Shown here: positions 17,080-26,410 of the stretch, one piece after another
Layout: the number at the start of each line of letters is the position of its first letter
How positions within the stretch are numbered: the stretch's first letter is position 1
DNA from: a virus
Taxonomy: Duplodnaviria; Caudoviricetes
DNA: 47,586 nucleotides
Virus record (IMG/VR): IMGVR_UViG_3300048575_000449
Span: 1 to 47,586 of that record
Reading direction: 5' to 3' (one strand)
Translations under genes and position numbers: made by a program
Notes under the pieces: generated by a model
What the model saw: only the letters and a program-made list of their open reading frames with translations
What the model was told of the DNA's origin: nothing
Database searches by the model: none

Positions 17080-17268
17080 GGGTCCTCCCTGGCGGAAATG
17101 GTATGCGGGGGGCAATGGCCCGAAATTTCGCCACCGGCAGGGCAAAAATCTGAGTTACCGGTTACCACGCGACGTTGCCGCCCGTGTGCCCTAAAGGGCC
17201 GCAACGGTTGGCGTTTTCGGCCTGCGCCCTGGTAACCGCCGCCTGGTAACAGGCGAGCCCCGGTTACC
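17080..17268 (+). other. Lambda-like cos packaging site (cosQ, cosN and cosB-like repeats)
   Basis: GGGTCCT (identical to lambda cosQ) at 17080, a G-run/CAATGGCC nick-like region and TTTCGC at about 17107-17131, then GGT(T/A)AC(C/A) repeats at 17160, 17231, 17245 and 17262. The terminase is gpA-type. Confidence 0.65.
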
Positions 17269-17303
17269 ATGCCCGTCGCGGTACTGCGCTCACCACGAAC
17301 CAG

Positions 17304-18692
17304 ATGACGCACCGACTGCCCGACACGGTCGAGCACTGGCCGCTCGACCGGCTGATCCCGTATGCGCGCAACGCCCGCACCCACACGGACGATCAGGTCG
17401 CGCAGATCGCGGCATCCATCGTCGAGTTCGGCTGGACCAACCCGATCCTGGTCGACGCCGAGGGCGTGGTGGTCGCCGGCCATGGACGGCTGCTGGCGGC
17501 GCGGCGGCTTGGGATCGAGACCGTGCCGGTGGTGGTGCTCGGCCACCTGACCCCGGCGCAGCGACGCGCCTACGTGATCGCCGACAATAAGCTGGCGCTC
17601 AACGCCGGCTGGAATGAAGAACTGCTCGCGGCCGAACTGCATGCGCTCAACGGCGAGGGCTTCGATCTTGCCCTGACCGGATTCTCGGACGTCGAGCTTG
17701 AAGCGCTGATGGCGCCGCTCGGCGACGAGGGGGATGCCGACGAGGGTGGCGAGGATGTCGCCGACGAGACGCCCGCGCCACCGCGCCAGCCCGTGTCGCG
17801 AGCCGGCGATCTCTGGCTGCTCGGCCGCCACCGTCTTGTCTGCGGCAGCAGCACCGATGCGGAGGTGGTGTCGCGCGTCATGGAGGGGAAATGCGCGTCG
17901 CTCGTCTTCACGTCGCCGCCCTACGGCAATCAGCGCGACTACACGACCGGTGGCGTCGGCGATTGGGACGCGCTGATGCAGGGCGTGTTCAAGGAGTTGC
18001 CGGTCATCAACGAGGCGCAGGTTCTGGTCAACCTCGGCCTGATCCATCGCGACAACGAATGGCAGCCCTACTGGCAGAGCTGGCTCGAACGGATGCGCGA
18101 GCAGGGTTGGCGCCGATTTGGACTCTACGCCTGGGATCAGGGGCCGGGCTTGCCCGGCGACTGGAATGGTCGCTTCGCGCCGGCCTTTGAGCTGCTGTTT
18201 CACTTCAATCGGGTCGCTCGCAAGCCCAACAAGATCGTGCCCTGCAAGTGGGCGGGCCACATCAATGACACCCATGGCGGCATGCGCAGCCGCGACGGTC
18301 ACGTCGGGGAATGGAGTCACGCCGGCCAGGGCGTGCAGGAGACACGCATTCCCGACAGCGTCGTCCGCATCACGCGGCACAAGGCCCGCGGCATCGAAAC
18401 CGAGCACCCGGCCGTGTTTCCGGTGGCGCTGCCTGAATTTGTGATGCGCGCCTATAGCCACGACGGCGATGTCGTTTACGAGCCATTTGCCGGATCGGGC
18501 ACGAGCCTGATTGCGGGCGAGCGCACCGGCCGTGTCGTGAAGGCGGTGGAGCTCGCCCCGGAATACGTCGACGTCGCCATCCTGCGATGGCGCAAGCTGT
18601 TTCCCGATCAACCGGTCGTCCTTGCCGATGACAAGCGCACCTTCGAGGCGACCGCGGCGGCGCGCGGCGTCGAAATCGCCGATGCCGCCTGA
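17304..18692 (+). CDS. ParB/Srx-N-domain DNA methyltransferase (beta class, SPPY, probably m4C)
   Basis: IVEFGWTNPILVD..VAGHGRL ParB-N; FTSPPY motif IV precedes HPAVFP and YEPFAGSGTS motif I. Confidence 0.9.
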   Translation: MTHRLPDTVEHWPLDRLIPYARNARTHTDDQVAQIAASIVEFGWTNPILVDAEGVVVAGHGRLLAARRLGIETVPVVVLGHLTPAQRRAYVIADNKLALNAGWNEELLAAELHALNGEGFDLALTGFSDVELEALMAPLGDEGDADEGGEDVADETPAPPRQPVSRAGDLWLLGRHRLVCGSSTDAEVVSRVMEGKCASLVFTSPPYGNQRDYTTGGVGDWDALMQGVFKELPVINEAQVLVNLGLIHRDNEWQPYWQSWLERMREQGWRRFGLYAWDQGPGLPGDWNGRFAPAFELLFHFNRVARKPNKIVPCKWAGHINDTHGGMRSRDGHVGEWSHAGQGVQETRIPDSVVRITRHKARGIETEHPAVFPVALPEFVMRAYSHDGDVVYEPFAGSGTSLIAGERTGRVVKAVELAPEYVDVAILRWRKLFPDQPVVLADDKRTFEATAAARGVEIADAA

Positions 18693-19926
18693 CGAGCTTT
18701 CGGTCGAGCAGTGGCCGATCGCGCGGCTATTGCCCTATGTCGCGAACGCCAGAACGCACCCGGACGAGCAGGTCGCGCAAATCGCCGGCTCGATCGCGGA
18801 GTTCGGTTTCAACGTTCCCTGTCTCGTCGACGACCGCGGCGTGCTGATCGCAGGCCACGGTCGCATCGTTGCCGCAAAGCGCCTCGGACTAAAGCAGGTT
18901 CCTGTCATTCGGCTCGGGCACCTGACCGACGCCCAGGCGCGCGCCTTTCGGCTCGCCGACAATCGCATCGCGCTCAACGCCGGCTGGGACGAAGCGATGC
19001 TGGCTGCCGAGCTCGACCGTCTCAAGGAAGACGGCGTCGATCTCGATCTACTCGGCTTTGCAGAGGATGAGCTGGACCGCCTGCTCGATGGCCTCGATCA
19101 AGGTGGGGCGTCCGCGGAAGAGGACGAAGTCCCTGAACCGCCCGCCCAGGCGGTGACCCGCCCGGGCGATCTCTGGGTGCTCGGACCGCATCGGCTCTTG
19201 TGTGGCGATGCGACGGTCGCAACAGACGTCCAACGTCTGCTCGACGGCGCGCGCCCGCACCTGATGGTGACCGATCCGCCCTACGGCGTCGACTACGATC
19301 CCAATTGGCGCAACGAGTCCGGAGTTTCGACAACAGCGCGCACAGGCAAGGTCAACAACGATGACCGGGCGGACTGGCGCGATGCCTGGAGTCTGTTCCC
19401 CGGCGAAGTCGCTTACGTTTGGCACTCCGGGATCCACGCGCGGACAGTGGCGGACAGCCTCGACGCATGCGGCTTCGCGACCAGGGCACAGATCGTCTGG
19501 GCGAAGCCACGCCTGGTGCTGGGCCGCGGCGATTATCATTGGCAGCACGAACCGTGCTTCTACGCGGTGCGAAAGGGAGCAACCGGTCATTGGCAGGGCG
19601 CGCGCGATCAAACAACGCTCTGGACCATCGGCACCGGCGAGAACGACGAAGCCACCGAGCACGGGACGCAAAAGCCGGTCGAGTGCATGCGCCGGCCGAT
19701 GGTCAACAACAGCGTCAAAGGCGATCTTGTCTATGAGCCCTTCGCAGGTTCGGGCTCAACTGTCATCGCAGCCGAGACGGTCGATCGCGTTTGCCTCGCG
19801 ATCGAAATCGATCCTCGATACTGCGATGTCGTCATCGAGCGCTGGCAGCAGTACACCGGGTCGAGAGCGATCCTCGATGCCGACGGGCAGAGCTTCACCG
19901 ATAAGCGAGTCCGATCAACCGTTTAG
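18682..19926 (+). CDS. ParB/Srx-N-domain DNA methyltransferase (beta class, DPPY, probably m6A)
   Basis: IAGHGRI ParB-N; TDPPY, HGTQKPV and YEPFAGSGST. Confidence 0.9.
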   Translation: MPPDELSVEQWPIARLLPYVANARTHPDEQVAQIAGSIAEFGFNVPCLVDDRGVLIAGHGRIVAAKRLGLKQVPVIRLGHLTDAQARAFRLADNRIALNAGWDEAMLAAELDRLKEDGVDLDLLGFAEDELDRLLDGLDQGGASAEEDEVPEPPAQAVTRPGDLWVLGPHRLLCGDATVATDVQRLLDGARPHLMVTDPPYGVDYDPNWRNESGVSTTARTGKVNNDDRADWRDAWSLFPGEVAYVWHSGIHARTVADSLDACGFATRAQIVWAKPRLVLGRGDYHWQHEPCFYAVRKGATGHWQGARDQTTLWTIGTGENDEATEHGTQKPVECMRRPMVNNSVKGDLVYEPFAGSGSTVIAAETVDRVCLAIEIDPRYCDVVIERWQQYTGSRAILDADGQSFTDKRVRSTV

Positions 19927-20063
19927 GGCCGTGGAGCGCCGGTCGCACAAATAGCCGCAGCCAAGGATCGCCAGCCAAGTCTCGGAAAGTGCTGTAAATC
20001 GCCCGTTAACGCTGCTAGTCGACAGTGGTGTCATCGTCATCACCAACCGCAAGGAACGAGTGC

Positions 20064-20579
20064 GTGCGCATCAAGAAGCTTTTCACGATTGGGTACGAGG
20101 GAGCCGACTTGGCCGACTTCCTTGCGACGCTCGCCGCGTGCGCTGTGGACCAGGTTATTGATATTCGCGACGTCCCTGTCTCCCGAAAGCGGGGGTTCTC
20201 AAAGAAAGCGCTCGCCGAAGCGTTGGCCGTGAAGGGGATTGCATATGTGCATCTCAAGGAATTGGGCGATCCTAAGCCGGGACGTGACGCGGCGCGCCGC
20301 GGTGACTTCTCCGCTTTTCGGAATATCTACGGTCGCCACCTGAAAGGAAGCGATGCGCAGGCCGCGTTGAGAGTGGCAGCACAAGCCGCAGATGAGAAGG
20401 TGTCTTGTTTGTTGTGCTTCGAGCGCGCGCACGAACATTGCCATCGCACGATCGTTGCAGCTGCACTCGCGAAACAAGATGGCTTCGACATCAAGCATCT
20501 CGGTGTTCGCAAGGACGTGGCACCGCATAGCAAGGTCGCTTATGAGCGCAACGGCGATCGAGCACTCGCGCTCGGGTGA
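20064..20579 (+). CDS. DUF488-family protein
   Basis: LFTIGYEG, IDIRDVPVSRKRGFSK, YVHLKELG and CLLCFERAHEHCHR; AAGGA SD before GTG 20064. Confidence 0.9.
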   Translation: MRIKKLFTIGYEGADLADFLATLAACAVDQVIDIRDVPVSRKRGFSKKALAEALAVKGIAYVHLKELGDPKPGRDAARRGDFSAFRNIYGRHLKGSDAQAALRVAAQAADEKVSCLLCFERAHEHCHRTIVAAALAKQDGFDIKHLGVRKDVAPHSKVAYERNGDRALALG

Positions 20580-21324
20580 AACCGAAGCAATCGTCATCAT
20601 CAAGGCCGCTCCCCAAGTCGGTCAGCGGCATGGCGAAACGGTGTGCTGCGCGGCCATCGATCTCCAAGGGCATTGGCTTCGCCTATATCCGGTTTCATTC
20701 CGGACGCTAGATGACGGCCAGAAGTTTGGCCGTTGGGATCGGATTCGCTTCAAATGGCGGCTACCGAATGACGACCCACGGTCGGAAAGCCGACGCGTCG
20801 ACCAAGACAGCATCGCGATAGTCGGTGAGCTGAAGAAATCCGAGAGACAACGCTTTCTCGGCACCTCCATCGTCACCAGCTTGGATAAGGAGCGAGCGGC
20901 TGATCGGAGCCTCGCGCTACTGAAAGCGAAGATCCTAGAGTTCAAGACCGAAAGGAAGCTAGACGACGATATCGAACGTGAGACAAAGCGGTTCGATGCG
21001 CTGCGCGCCCAGCAGGATTTGTTCAAAACGAAGCCACTCATCCCGTATCAGCCGTGCCCGTATCGCTTCAAATACCGCTATCAAACCGACGACGGCCAGC
21101 GTGAAGGCACATGTCAGGACTGGGAGATCGAGGCAACGTTCTTTAATTGGACTCGGCTTTATGGAGAGGAGCGCGCTCTCGCCGAAGTGCAACGTGTGTT
21201 CGGCAAGGAATATCCCACCAAGGGGATGCTCCTCGCCATGGGCACGCATTCGCTGTACCCGGACACTTGGCTGATCAATGGCGTTATCCGCCTTGATGAA
21301 GTCGAACAGCTGTCCTTGTTCTGA
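20542..21324 (+). CDS. Hypothetical partner of DUF488 (predicted beta-rich/OB-like)
   Basis: 260 aa; overlaps the DUF488 gene; GETVCCAAID..GHWLRLYPVSFR...QDWE...MGT motifs. Confidence 0.8.
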   Translation: MSATAIEHSRSGETEAIVIIKAAPQVGQRHGETVCCAAIDLQGHWLRLYPVSFRTLDDGQKFGRWDRIRFKWRLPNDDPRSESRRVDQDSIAIVGELKKSERQRFLGTSIVTSLDKERAADRSLALLKAKILEFKTERKLDDDIERETKRFDALRAQQDLFKTKPLIPYQPCPYRFKYRYQTDDGQREGTCQDWEIEATFFNWTRLYGEERALAEVQRVFGKEYPTKGMLLAMGTHSLYPDTWLINGVIRLDEVEQLSLF

Positions 21325-21331
21325 TAAGCAC

Positions 21332-21610
21332 TCAAATGATCCGATATACGCGGCCGCGCCCTTCGACCTTCTCCGACTGCACGTCCAGCCCCAGCTTCTT
21401 CTTGAGCGCACCGGCGATGGCGCCGCGCACGGTGTGCGCCTGCCAGTCGAACTTCTTGACGATCTCCTCGATCGTGGCGCCATCCCGGCTCTTGAGCATT
21501 TCGATGAGCTGGGCCTGCTTGCTGTTGGCGCGTGTGCCGGACGTCTTAGCTTTTGTTTGGACCTTCCGCTTCTGAGAGGTTTTGGTCTTTGCCTTGCTCG
21601 TCTTGGCCAT
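21332..21610 (-). CDS. DUF3489-family winged-helix protein
   Basis: SKQAQLIEMLKSRDGATIEEI...WQAHTVRGAIAGALKKKLGL...RVYRI; AAGGAG SD. Confidence 0.85.
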   Translation of the reverse strand: MAKTSKAKTKTSQKRKVQTKAKTSGTRANSKQAQLIEMLKSRDGATIEEIVKKFDWQAHTVRGAIAGALKKKLGLDVQSEKVEGRGRVYRII

Positions 21611-21615
21611 CTTCT

Positions 21616-21690
21616 GGCTCCTTCGTAGTCGGGTGCGACCATCGCGACCCTTCTACGACCCCCAGCCCCGCATCGGAGCGGGGCGGAGCC
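21616..21690 (-). promoter_or_regulatory. Candidate three-way-junction RNA structure masking the DUF3489 ribosome-binding site
   Basis: Outer stem GGCTCC/GGAGCC encloses a GCCCCGC/GCGGGGC hairpin and a long TCGTAG...CTACGA hairpin. Confidence 0.5.
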
Positions 21691-21708
21691 TCGGAGCGCG
21701 AAAGCCAA

Positions 21709-21954
21709 TCAGTTCCGGCGCGACAGCACGCGGTTCATGGATTTCTCGAAGGTCTCGTTCGGCATCGCAGTCTCGGCCGCATGCCGGATCACCCCGAAAA
21801 TGAGCAGCTGCACGCGTCGCACCGCCTGTTCGAGAGTTTCGCCGGGCAGAACCGTGGCGCCGTAGTTGGCGAGGAACTTGCGTAGGGCAGGCTCCCGCGC
21901 CGCGGCGACGCGGGCGCGAATCTCCTTAGGCGTGAGGCCGGTCCAGTCTTCCAT
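21709..21954 (-). CDS. Hypothetical protein
   Basis: 81 aa from MEDWTG; AAGGAG SD upstream. Confidence 0.7.
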   Translation of the reverse strand: MEDWTGLTPKEIRARVAAAREPALRKFLANYGATVLPGETLEQAVRRVQLLIFGVIRHAAETAMPNETFEKSMNRVLSRRN

Positions 21955-21974
21955 GGCGATGCTCCTTTCAATCG

Positions 21975-22343
21975 CTACGCGGCCGCTTCGGCCATGATCT
22001 CGCAGTCGGTGACGAAGCCGACCAAGTAGGGCAGTCCGCGCGGGATGCCGGTCTCGCGCGCGGTGCGTCGGTTGATGGTCCAGGTCATCCACCGCTCGAC
22101 GGCGGCTTCGATTGCCTGCGGCAGGGGTAGTCCCTTGAACAGGCCGTTGGCCACGTCGTCGGCGAAGTGCCGGCCATGGCGGCTGTCGAGGAAATCGCGA
22201 ACACCGGCGTCCGAGCATCCCGTCGCTTCGCCGACTGCCTGCATGGCGATCGGCCAGGCTTCGGCAGGATCGGCATGGTGGCGGATGGTGTCCCAGAAGC
22301 CCCATGCTTCGTTGTTACTGGCCAGTTTGGCGGTCTTGGTCAT
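21975..22343 (-). CDS. Hypothetical protein
   Basis: 122 aa from MTKTAK (NEAWGFWDT...RDFLDSRHGRHFADDV); GGAG SD. Confidence 0.75.
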   Translation of the reverse strand: MTKTAKLASNNEAWGFWDTIRHHADPAEAWPIAMQAVGEATGCSDAGVRDFLDSRHGRHFADDVANGLFKGLPLPQAIEAAVERWMTWTINRRTARETGIPRGLPYLVGFVTDCEIMAEAAA

Positions 22344-22443
22344 GGCGGTCTCCGTTCCGGATGCCGCCATAAACGCGCTGCTTTGGCCCCGAGCCAAGCA
22401 GATAATCGCGCCATTTGATTGCAATCTTGCCGCCAGGACGATC

Positions 22444-23001
22444 ATGGGATTATCAATCCGCGCTTATGCCCGAAGGCGCGGCGTGAGCCATGTTGCGGTG
22501 CTGCGCGCGATCAAGCAGGGCCGTGTGCCTTTGGAGTCGGACGGCACCGTCGATCCGGCGAAGGCTGACGCTTCGTGGGAACGCTCGACCGATCCGGGCC
22601 GGGCGAAATCGAAGTCGAAGGCTATCGCAGAGAAGCTGCGCCCCGTCGGCGAGGCAGCGCTCGGCTCCGTGCGCGAGACGCTGAAGGAGCAGGGTCTGCC
22701 CGCGGGCGGCAGCGTCACCTTCGTGCAGGCGCGCACGGCGCACGAAATCGCCAAGGCTCATCTCGCGCGGCTGCGCTTGCAGCGCATGAAGGGCGAGCTT
22801 GTCGACCGCGCCCGCTCGACGGCGCTCGTGTTCCGGCTTGCGCGCGAAGAAAGGGACTCCTGGCTCAACTGGCCGGCGCGGATCGCCGCCCTGATCGCAG
22901 CCGAGCTCGGCGTGGAGGCCCATGCCGTGCAGAAGGTCGTGGAGGGGCATGTCCGCGCTCACCTTGCCGAGCTCGCCGATATCCGGCCCGAGTTCCGATG
23001 A
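22444..23001 (+). CDS. terS: Terminase small subunit (Nu1-like)
   Basis: N-terminal HTH MGLSIRAYARRRGVSHVAVLRAIK and coiled coil ...LRLQRMKGELVDR; directly upstream of the gpA terminase. Confidence 0.8.
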   Translation: MGLSIRAYARRRGVSHVAVLRAIKQGRVPLESDGTVDPAKADASWERSTDPGRAKSKSKAIAEKLRPVGEAALGSVRETLKEQGLPAGGSVTFVQARTAHEIAKAHLARLRLQRMKGELVDRARSTALVFRLAREERDSWLNWPARIAALIAAELGVEAHAVQKVVEGHVRAHLAELADIRPEFR

Positions 23002-24961
23002 CGTATTCGCCTTCGATGGCGCGGAGGACCTGAGCCAAGCCTGGCGCGATGGGCTCTTGCCCGATCCGTCACTCACCGTCTCGGAATGGGCGGACCGCCA
23101 TCGGGTGTTGAGTCCACGCGCCTCGGCCGAGCCTGGGCGCTACCGCACGGATCGCACGCCCTATATGCGCGCGATCATGGATGCAATGTCACCGGCGCAT
23201 CCGGTACGGCGCGTCGTGTTCATGAAGGCGGCTCAGGTCGGGGCGACCGAGGCCGGCAACAATTGGATCGGCTACGTCATCCATCATGCACCCGGGCCGA
23301 TGCTCGCGGTGCAGCCGACCGTCGAGCTCGCCAAACGGTTCTCGCGTCAGCGCCTCGATCCGCTGATCGAGGAAAGCCCCGCTCTCCGCCAGCGGGTGAA
23401 GCCCGCACGCTCGCGTGATGCCGGCAACACGATGCTGTCGAAGGAGTTCCCGGCGGGACTCCTCGTCATCACCGGCGCCAACAGCGCTGTCGGCCTGCGC
23501 TCTATGCCGGCGCGTTACCTGTTTCTCGACGAGGTCGATGCCTATCCACCCTCGGCCGACGAGGAAGGCGATCCAGTCGCGCTTGCCGAAGCGCGCACGC
23601 GCACGTTCTCCTGGCGCGCCAAGGCGTTCCTTGCCTCGACCCCGACGCTCGCCGGGCTCTCGCGCATCGAGCGTGAATACGAAGCCTCGGACCAGCGCCG
23701 ATACTTCGTGCCGTGCCCGCATTGCGGAGATATGCAGTGGCTCAGGTTCGAGCGGCTCCGCTGGGAAAAAGGGAAACCCGAGACCACACATTATATATGC
23801 GCCTCCTGCGATGGCCGGATCGATGAGCATCACAAGACGGCCATGCTCCAGGCCGGCGAGTGGCGGCCCACCGCGGAGTCGCAGGATCCCGGCACGATCG
23901 GGTTCCATATCTCGGCGCTCTATTCGCCGGTCGGGTGGTTTTCCTGGGAGAACATCGCGCGTCTCTGGGAAGCCGCGACCACCGACGAGGCCAAGCGCAG
24001 CTTCAAGAACAGCGTTTTGGGCGAGACCTGGATCGAGACCGGCGAGGCGCCCGACTGGCAACGCCTCTACGAGCGCCGCGAAACTTGGCAGATCGGCACG
24101 GTGCCGAGGGGCGGCCTGTTTCTGACGGCGGGCGCCGACGTCCAGAAGGATCGCATCGAAGTCGATGTCTGGGCCTGGGGGAGAGGTCTCGAAAGCTGGC
24201 TCGTCGACCACCTCGTGGTCGAAGGCGGACCCGAGCAAGCCGAGGCCTGGGACGAGCTTGGCCGCCTGCTCGATCGCACCTGGTTGCATGCAAACGGTAC
24301 GCGGATCGGAATCGCGAAGCTCGCGATCGACACCGGCTACGAGGCGCCGGCCGTATACGCTTGGGCACGCAAGATGGGTCACGCGCAGGTCGCGCCCATC
24401 AAGGGTGTGGATGGCTTCAACCGGACGGCGCCGGTCGCAGGCCCGACCCACGTCGACGTCACGGAAGGCGGCAAGAAGCTGCGCCGCGGTGCGCGGCTGT
24501 GGACGATCGCGGTTGCGACCTTCAAGAGCGAGACCTACCGCTTTCTGCGCTTGTCTACGCCGACCGACGAGGAGATCGCAGCGGGCGCCAAGTTCCCGGT
24601 GGGCTACGTCCACCTGGCGCGCGGCACCGAAGCGGAGTGGGTCAAGCAGCTCGTCGGCGAACAACTCGTCACGGTGAAGACCAAGCGCGGCTTCAGCCGG
24701 CTCGAATGGCAGAAGCTGCGCGAGCGCAACGAAGCACTCGACTGCCGCGTCTACGCCCGCGCGGCCGCGTGGCTCGCGGGCGCCGACCGTTGGACGGAGG
24801 CCATGTGGCGCGACCTCGAGCAACAGGTCGGCATCTCGGAAGAATCATGTGAGGACCAGCCCGCCGAATCCGGAGCAGCGGCCGGCAGCGTCGCCGGGCT
24901 CATCCGGCGGCGACCGGCGCGCCGCGGCCGGCGTGTGTTCCGATCGAGCTACTTGAGCTAG
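22949..24961 (+). CDS. terL: Terminase large subunit, lambda gpA family (start uncertain)
   Basis: TVSEWADRHR, MKAAQVGATE, LFLDEVDAYP, LASTPT, VPCPHCG, TAGADVQKDRIE, RNEALDCRVYA. Confidence 0.95.
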   Translation: MSALTLPSSPISGPSSDDVFAFDGAEDLSQAWRDGLLPDPSLTVSEWADRHRVLSPRASAEPGRYRTDRTPYMRAIMDAMSPAHPVRRVVFMKAAQVGATEAGNNWIGYVIHHAPGPMLAVQPTVELAKRFSRQRLDPLIEESPALRQRVKPARSRDAGNTMLSKEFPAGLLVITGANSAVGLRSMPARYLFLDEVDAYPPSADEEGDPVALAEARTRTFSWRAKAFLASTPTLAGLSRIEREYEASDQRRYFVPCPHCGDMQWLRFERLRWEKGKPETTHYICASCDGRIDEHHKTAMLQAGEWRPTAESQDPGTIGFHISALYSPVGWFSWENIARLWEAATTDEAKRSFKNSVLGETWIETGEAPDWQRLYERRETWQIGTVPRGGLFLTAGADVQKDRIEVDVWAWGRGLESWLVDHLVVEGGPEQAEAWDELGRLLDRTWLHANGTRIGIAKLAIDTGYEAPAVYAWARKMGHAQVAPIKGVDGFNRTAPVAGPTHVDVTEGGKKLRRGARLWTIAVATFKSETYRFLRLSTPTDEEIAAGAKFPVGYVHLARGTEAEWVKQLVGEQLVTVKTKRGFSRLEWQKLRERNEALDCRVYARAAAWLAGADRWTEAMWRDLEQQVGISEESCEDQPAESGAAAGSVAGLIRRRPARRGRRVFRSSYLS

Positions 24962-24999
24962 CGACGAGTGGAATATCGTGGCTCGGGAACGCTCATCAT

Positions 25000-25992
25000 T
25001 TACCAGACATCTTTAGGTGAGACCGATATCGCTCTCTTCCGATCTAGATCGTCGATAAAATCACTCCACGCACTCTTGCCGACTCTCATCGAGCAAAAAC
25101 CGCCGGCCATGGCCGCGAAGGCCGTCAAGACGACCAACATGTCGTCGACGAAGCCCGATAACTGAGTCGGTACCGAAGTCCCGTAAGCGAGATAGATCGC
25201 GTCACGATAGTTCGCCTTTCCGCGATACCTTGACGCTTGGTGCAAAAAAGCGATGCCGCGCTTGGCATACGCGGTGTCACGCATTTCCCTCGCGGCCTTC
25301 GTCCGGAAATCGGAAACCATGAGCGCCTTGAACGCGGGCGTTTCCCTGACCCTCTCCTCGATGTTCCACCGTTCCCAGCCAGCAGTCCCGGACAGATATT
25401 CCGCACAGCATCCCCACGCTTCCGGCGGTGTTGTTGGCTTGTTGACGAGCGAGTGTTTGCCTTTAGCCCTAACCGGCCCGAGCTCAGCCTCGACCGAGCT
25501 GGGAACGACATTCGAAAGGCAGTCCGCAAAGGGATGCATAGTTAGATTTCTGGCCGGAAAGCGCTCGTGCCACTTCCTTGCAGTCTCGGCATGATTGTCC
25601 TGAAAAGAACCGTCCATCGCGGCCGTCATAGCCGAAGCAGCGCTATAGACGCCGTAGTACCAGGCGACGATCGCCGTTCGCGCGACGTCAGCCTTGTTGG
25701 GCGCCGATGTTAGTGCCTGGAGAGCGGCGATCTGGTTGAGAACGAAGAGAAGCTGCTCGCAGACAGTGTTGAGCTCGGGTTCAGGCACGCTACGGACCTG
25801 AACCTTCGCGTAAAACCCGCGTGCAGCAGCGAAGTCTAACTTCTGATCGACAGTCAGGATCGCCAGCGCCCGCATCCAGTGGACAGTTGACGGCAGGGCG
25901 AAGCGCGCATCGGGCACATCGCGGGGGCTCTCGGTTAACGTCCCATTGGTTCGTATCCGTGAGTAGAGAGACGGCTTCGGTGTCGCTGCCAT
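25000..25992 (-). CDS. Putative HEPN-like protein (antisense moron)
   Basis: 330 aa with WYYGVYSAASAM and LHQASRYRGKANY segments resembling HEPN motifs; more AT-rich; GAGGGGG SD-like sequence. Confidence 0.6.
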   Translation of the reverse strand: MAATPKPSLYSRIRTNGTLTESPRDVPDARFALPSTVHWMRALAILTVDQKLDFAAARGFYAKVQVRSVPEPELNTVCEQLLFVLNQIAALQALTSAPNKADVARTAIVAWYYGVYSAASAMTAAMDGSFQDNHAETARKWHERFPARNLTMHPFADCLSNVVPSSVEAELGPVRAKGKHSLVNKPTTPPEAWGCCAEYLSGTAGWERWNIEERVRETPAFKALMVSDFRTKAAREMRDTAYAKRGIAFLHQASRYRGKANYRDAIYLAYGTSVPTQLSGFVDDMLVVLTAFAAMAGGFCSMRVGKSAWSDFIDDLDRKRAISVSPKDVW

Positions 25993-26193
25993 AGTCTTTG
26001 ATCGCCCCCTCGAATGCCCACGAATTAAAGGCTGTTGATCAACAATCGACATAATGACTGCTGTGGGTCAATCGCTACAGAGGCGGTCAGCGCCATGTTG
26101 CGGCTCGATGACGCTGTCCATCCAAAGCCGGAAATGAATTCAAAGCCTTGGTACGGCCTGTGAGCCTTCGGGTTCCGATCGAGTTCCCCGCGC

Positions 26194-26406
26194 ATGACCC
26201 TAGAAGAGCTGACCGTGCAGCGCGATGCACTGCTCGGCGCACGCTTCCGCGGCGTGCGCACAGTCGAGATTGACGGCCGACGCGTCACGTATGCCACGGA
26301 CGCCGAGATGGCGGCCGCCATCACGGATCTCGAACGCCGGATCGCTGCCGCCGGTGCAGGTGGCCGGCGTCGCCGCATCCTGACGTCCGCTTCGAAGGGA
26401 ATTTGA
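26194..26406 (+). CDS. gpW-like head-tail joining protein
   Basis: 70 aa (GVRTVEIDGRRVTYA...AITDLERRI) between terminase and portal. Confidence 0.85.
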   Translation: MTLEELTVQRDALLGARFRGVRTVEIDGRRVTYATDAEMAAAITDLERRIAAAGAGGRRRRILTSASKGI

Positions 26407-26410
26407 GCTC

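Noticed and set aside
330-19926. HNH nuclease plus methylases as a type II restriction-modification system
   Set aside because: The genes are about 16 kb apart in different transcription units, and ParB-fused methylases are usual orphan phage enzymes.
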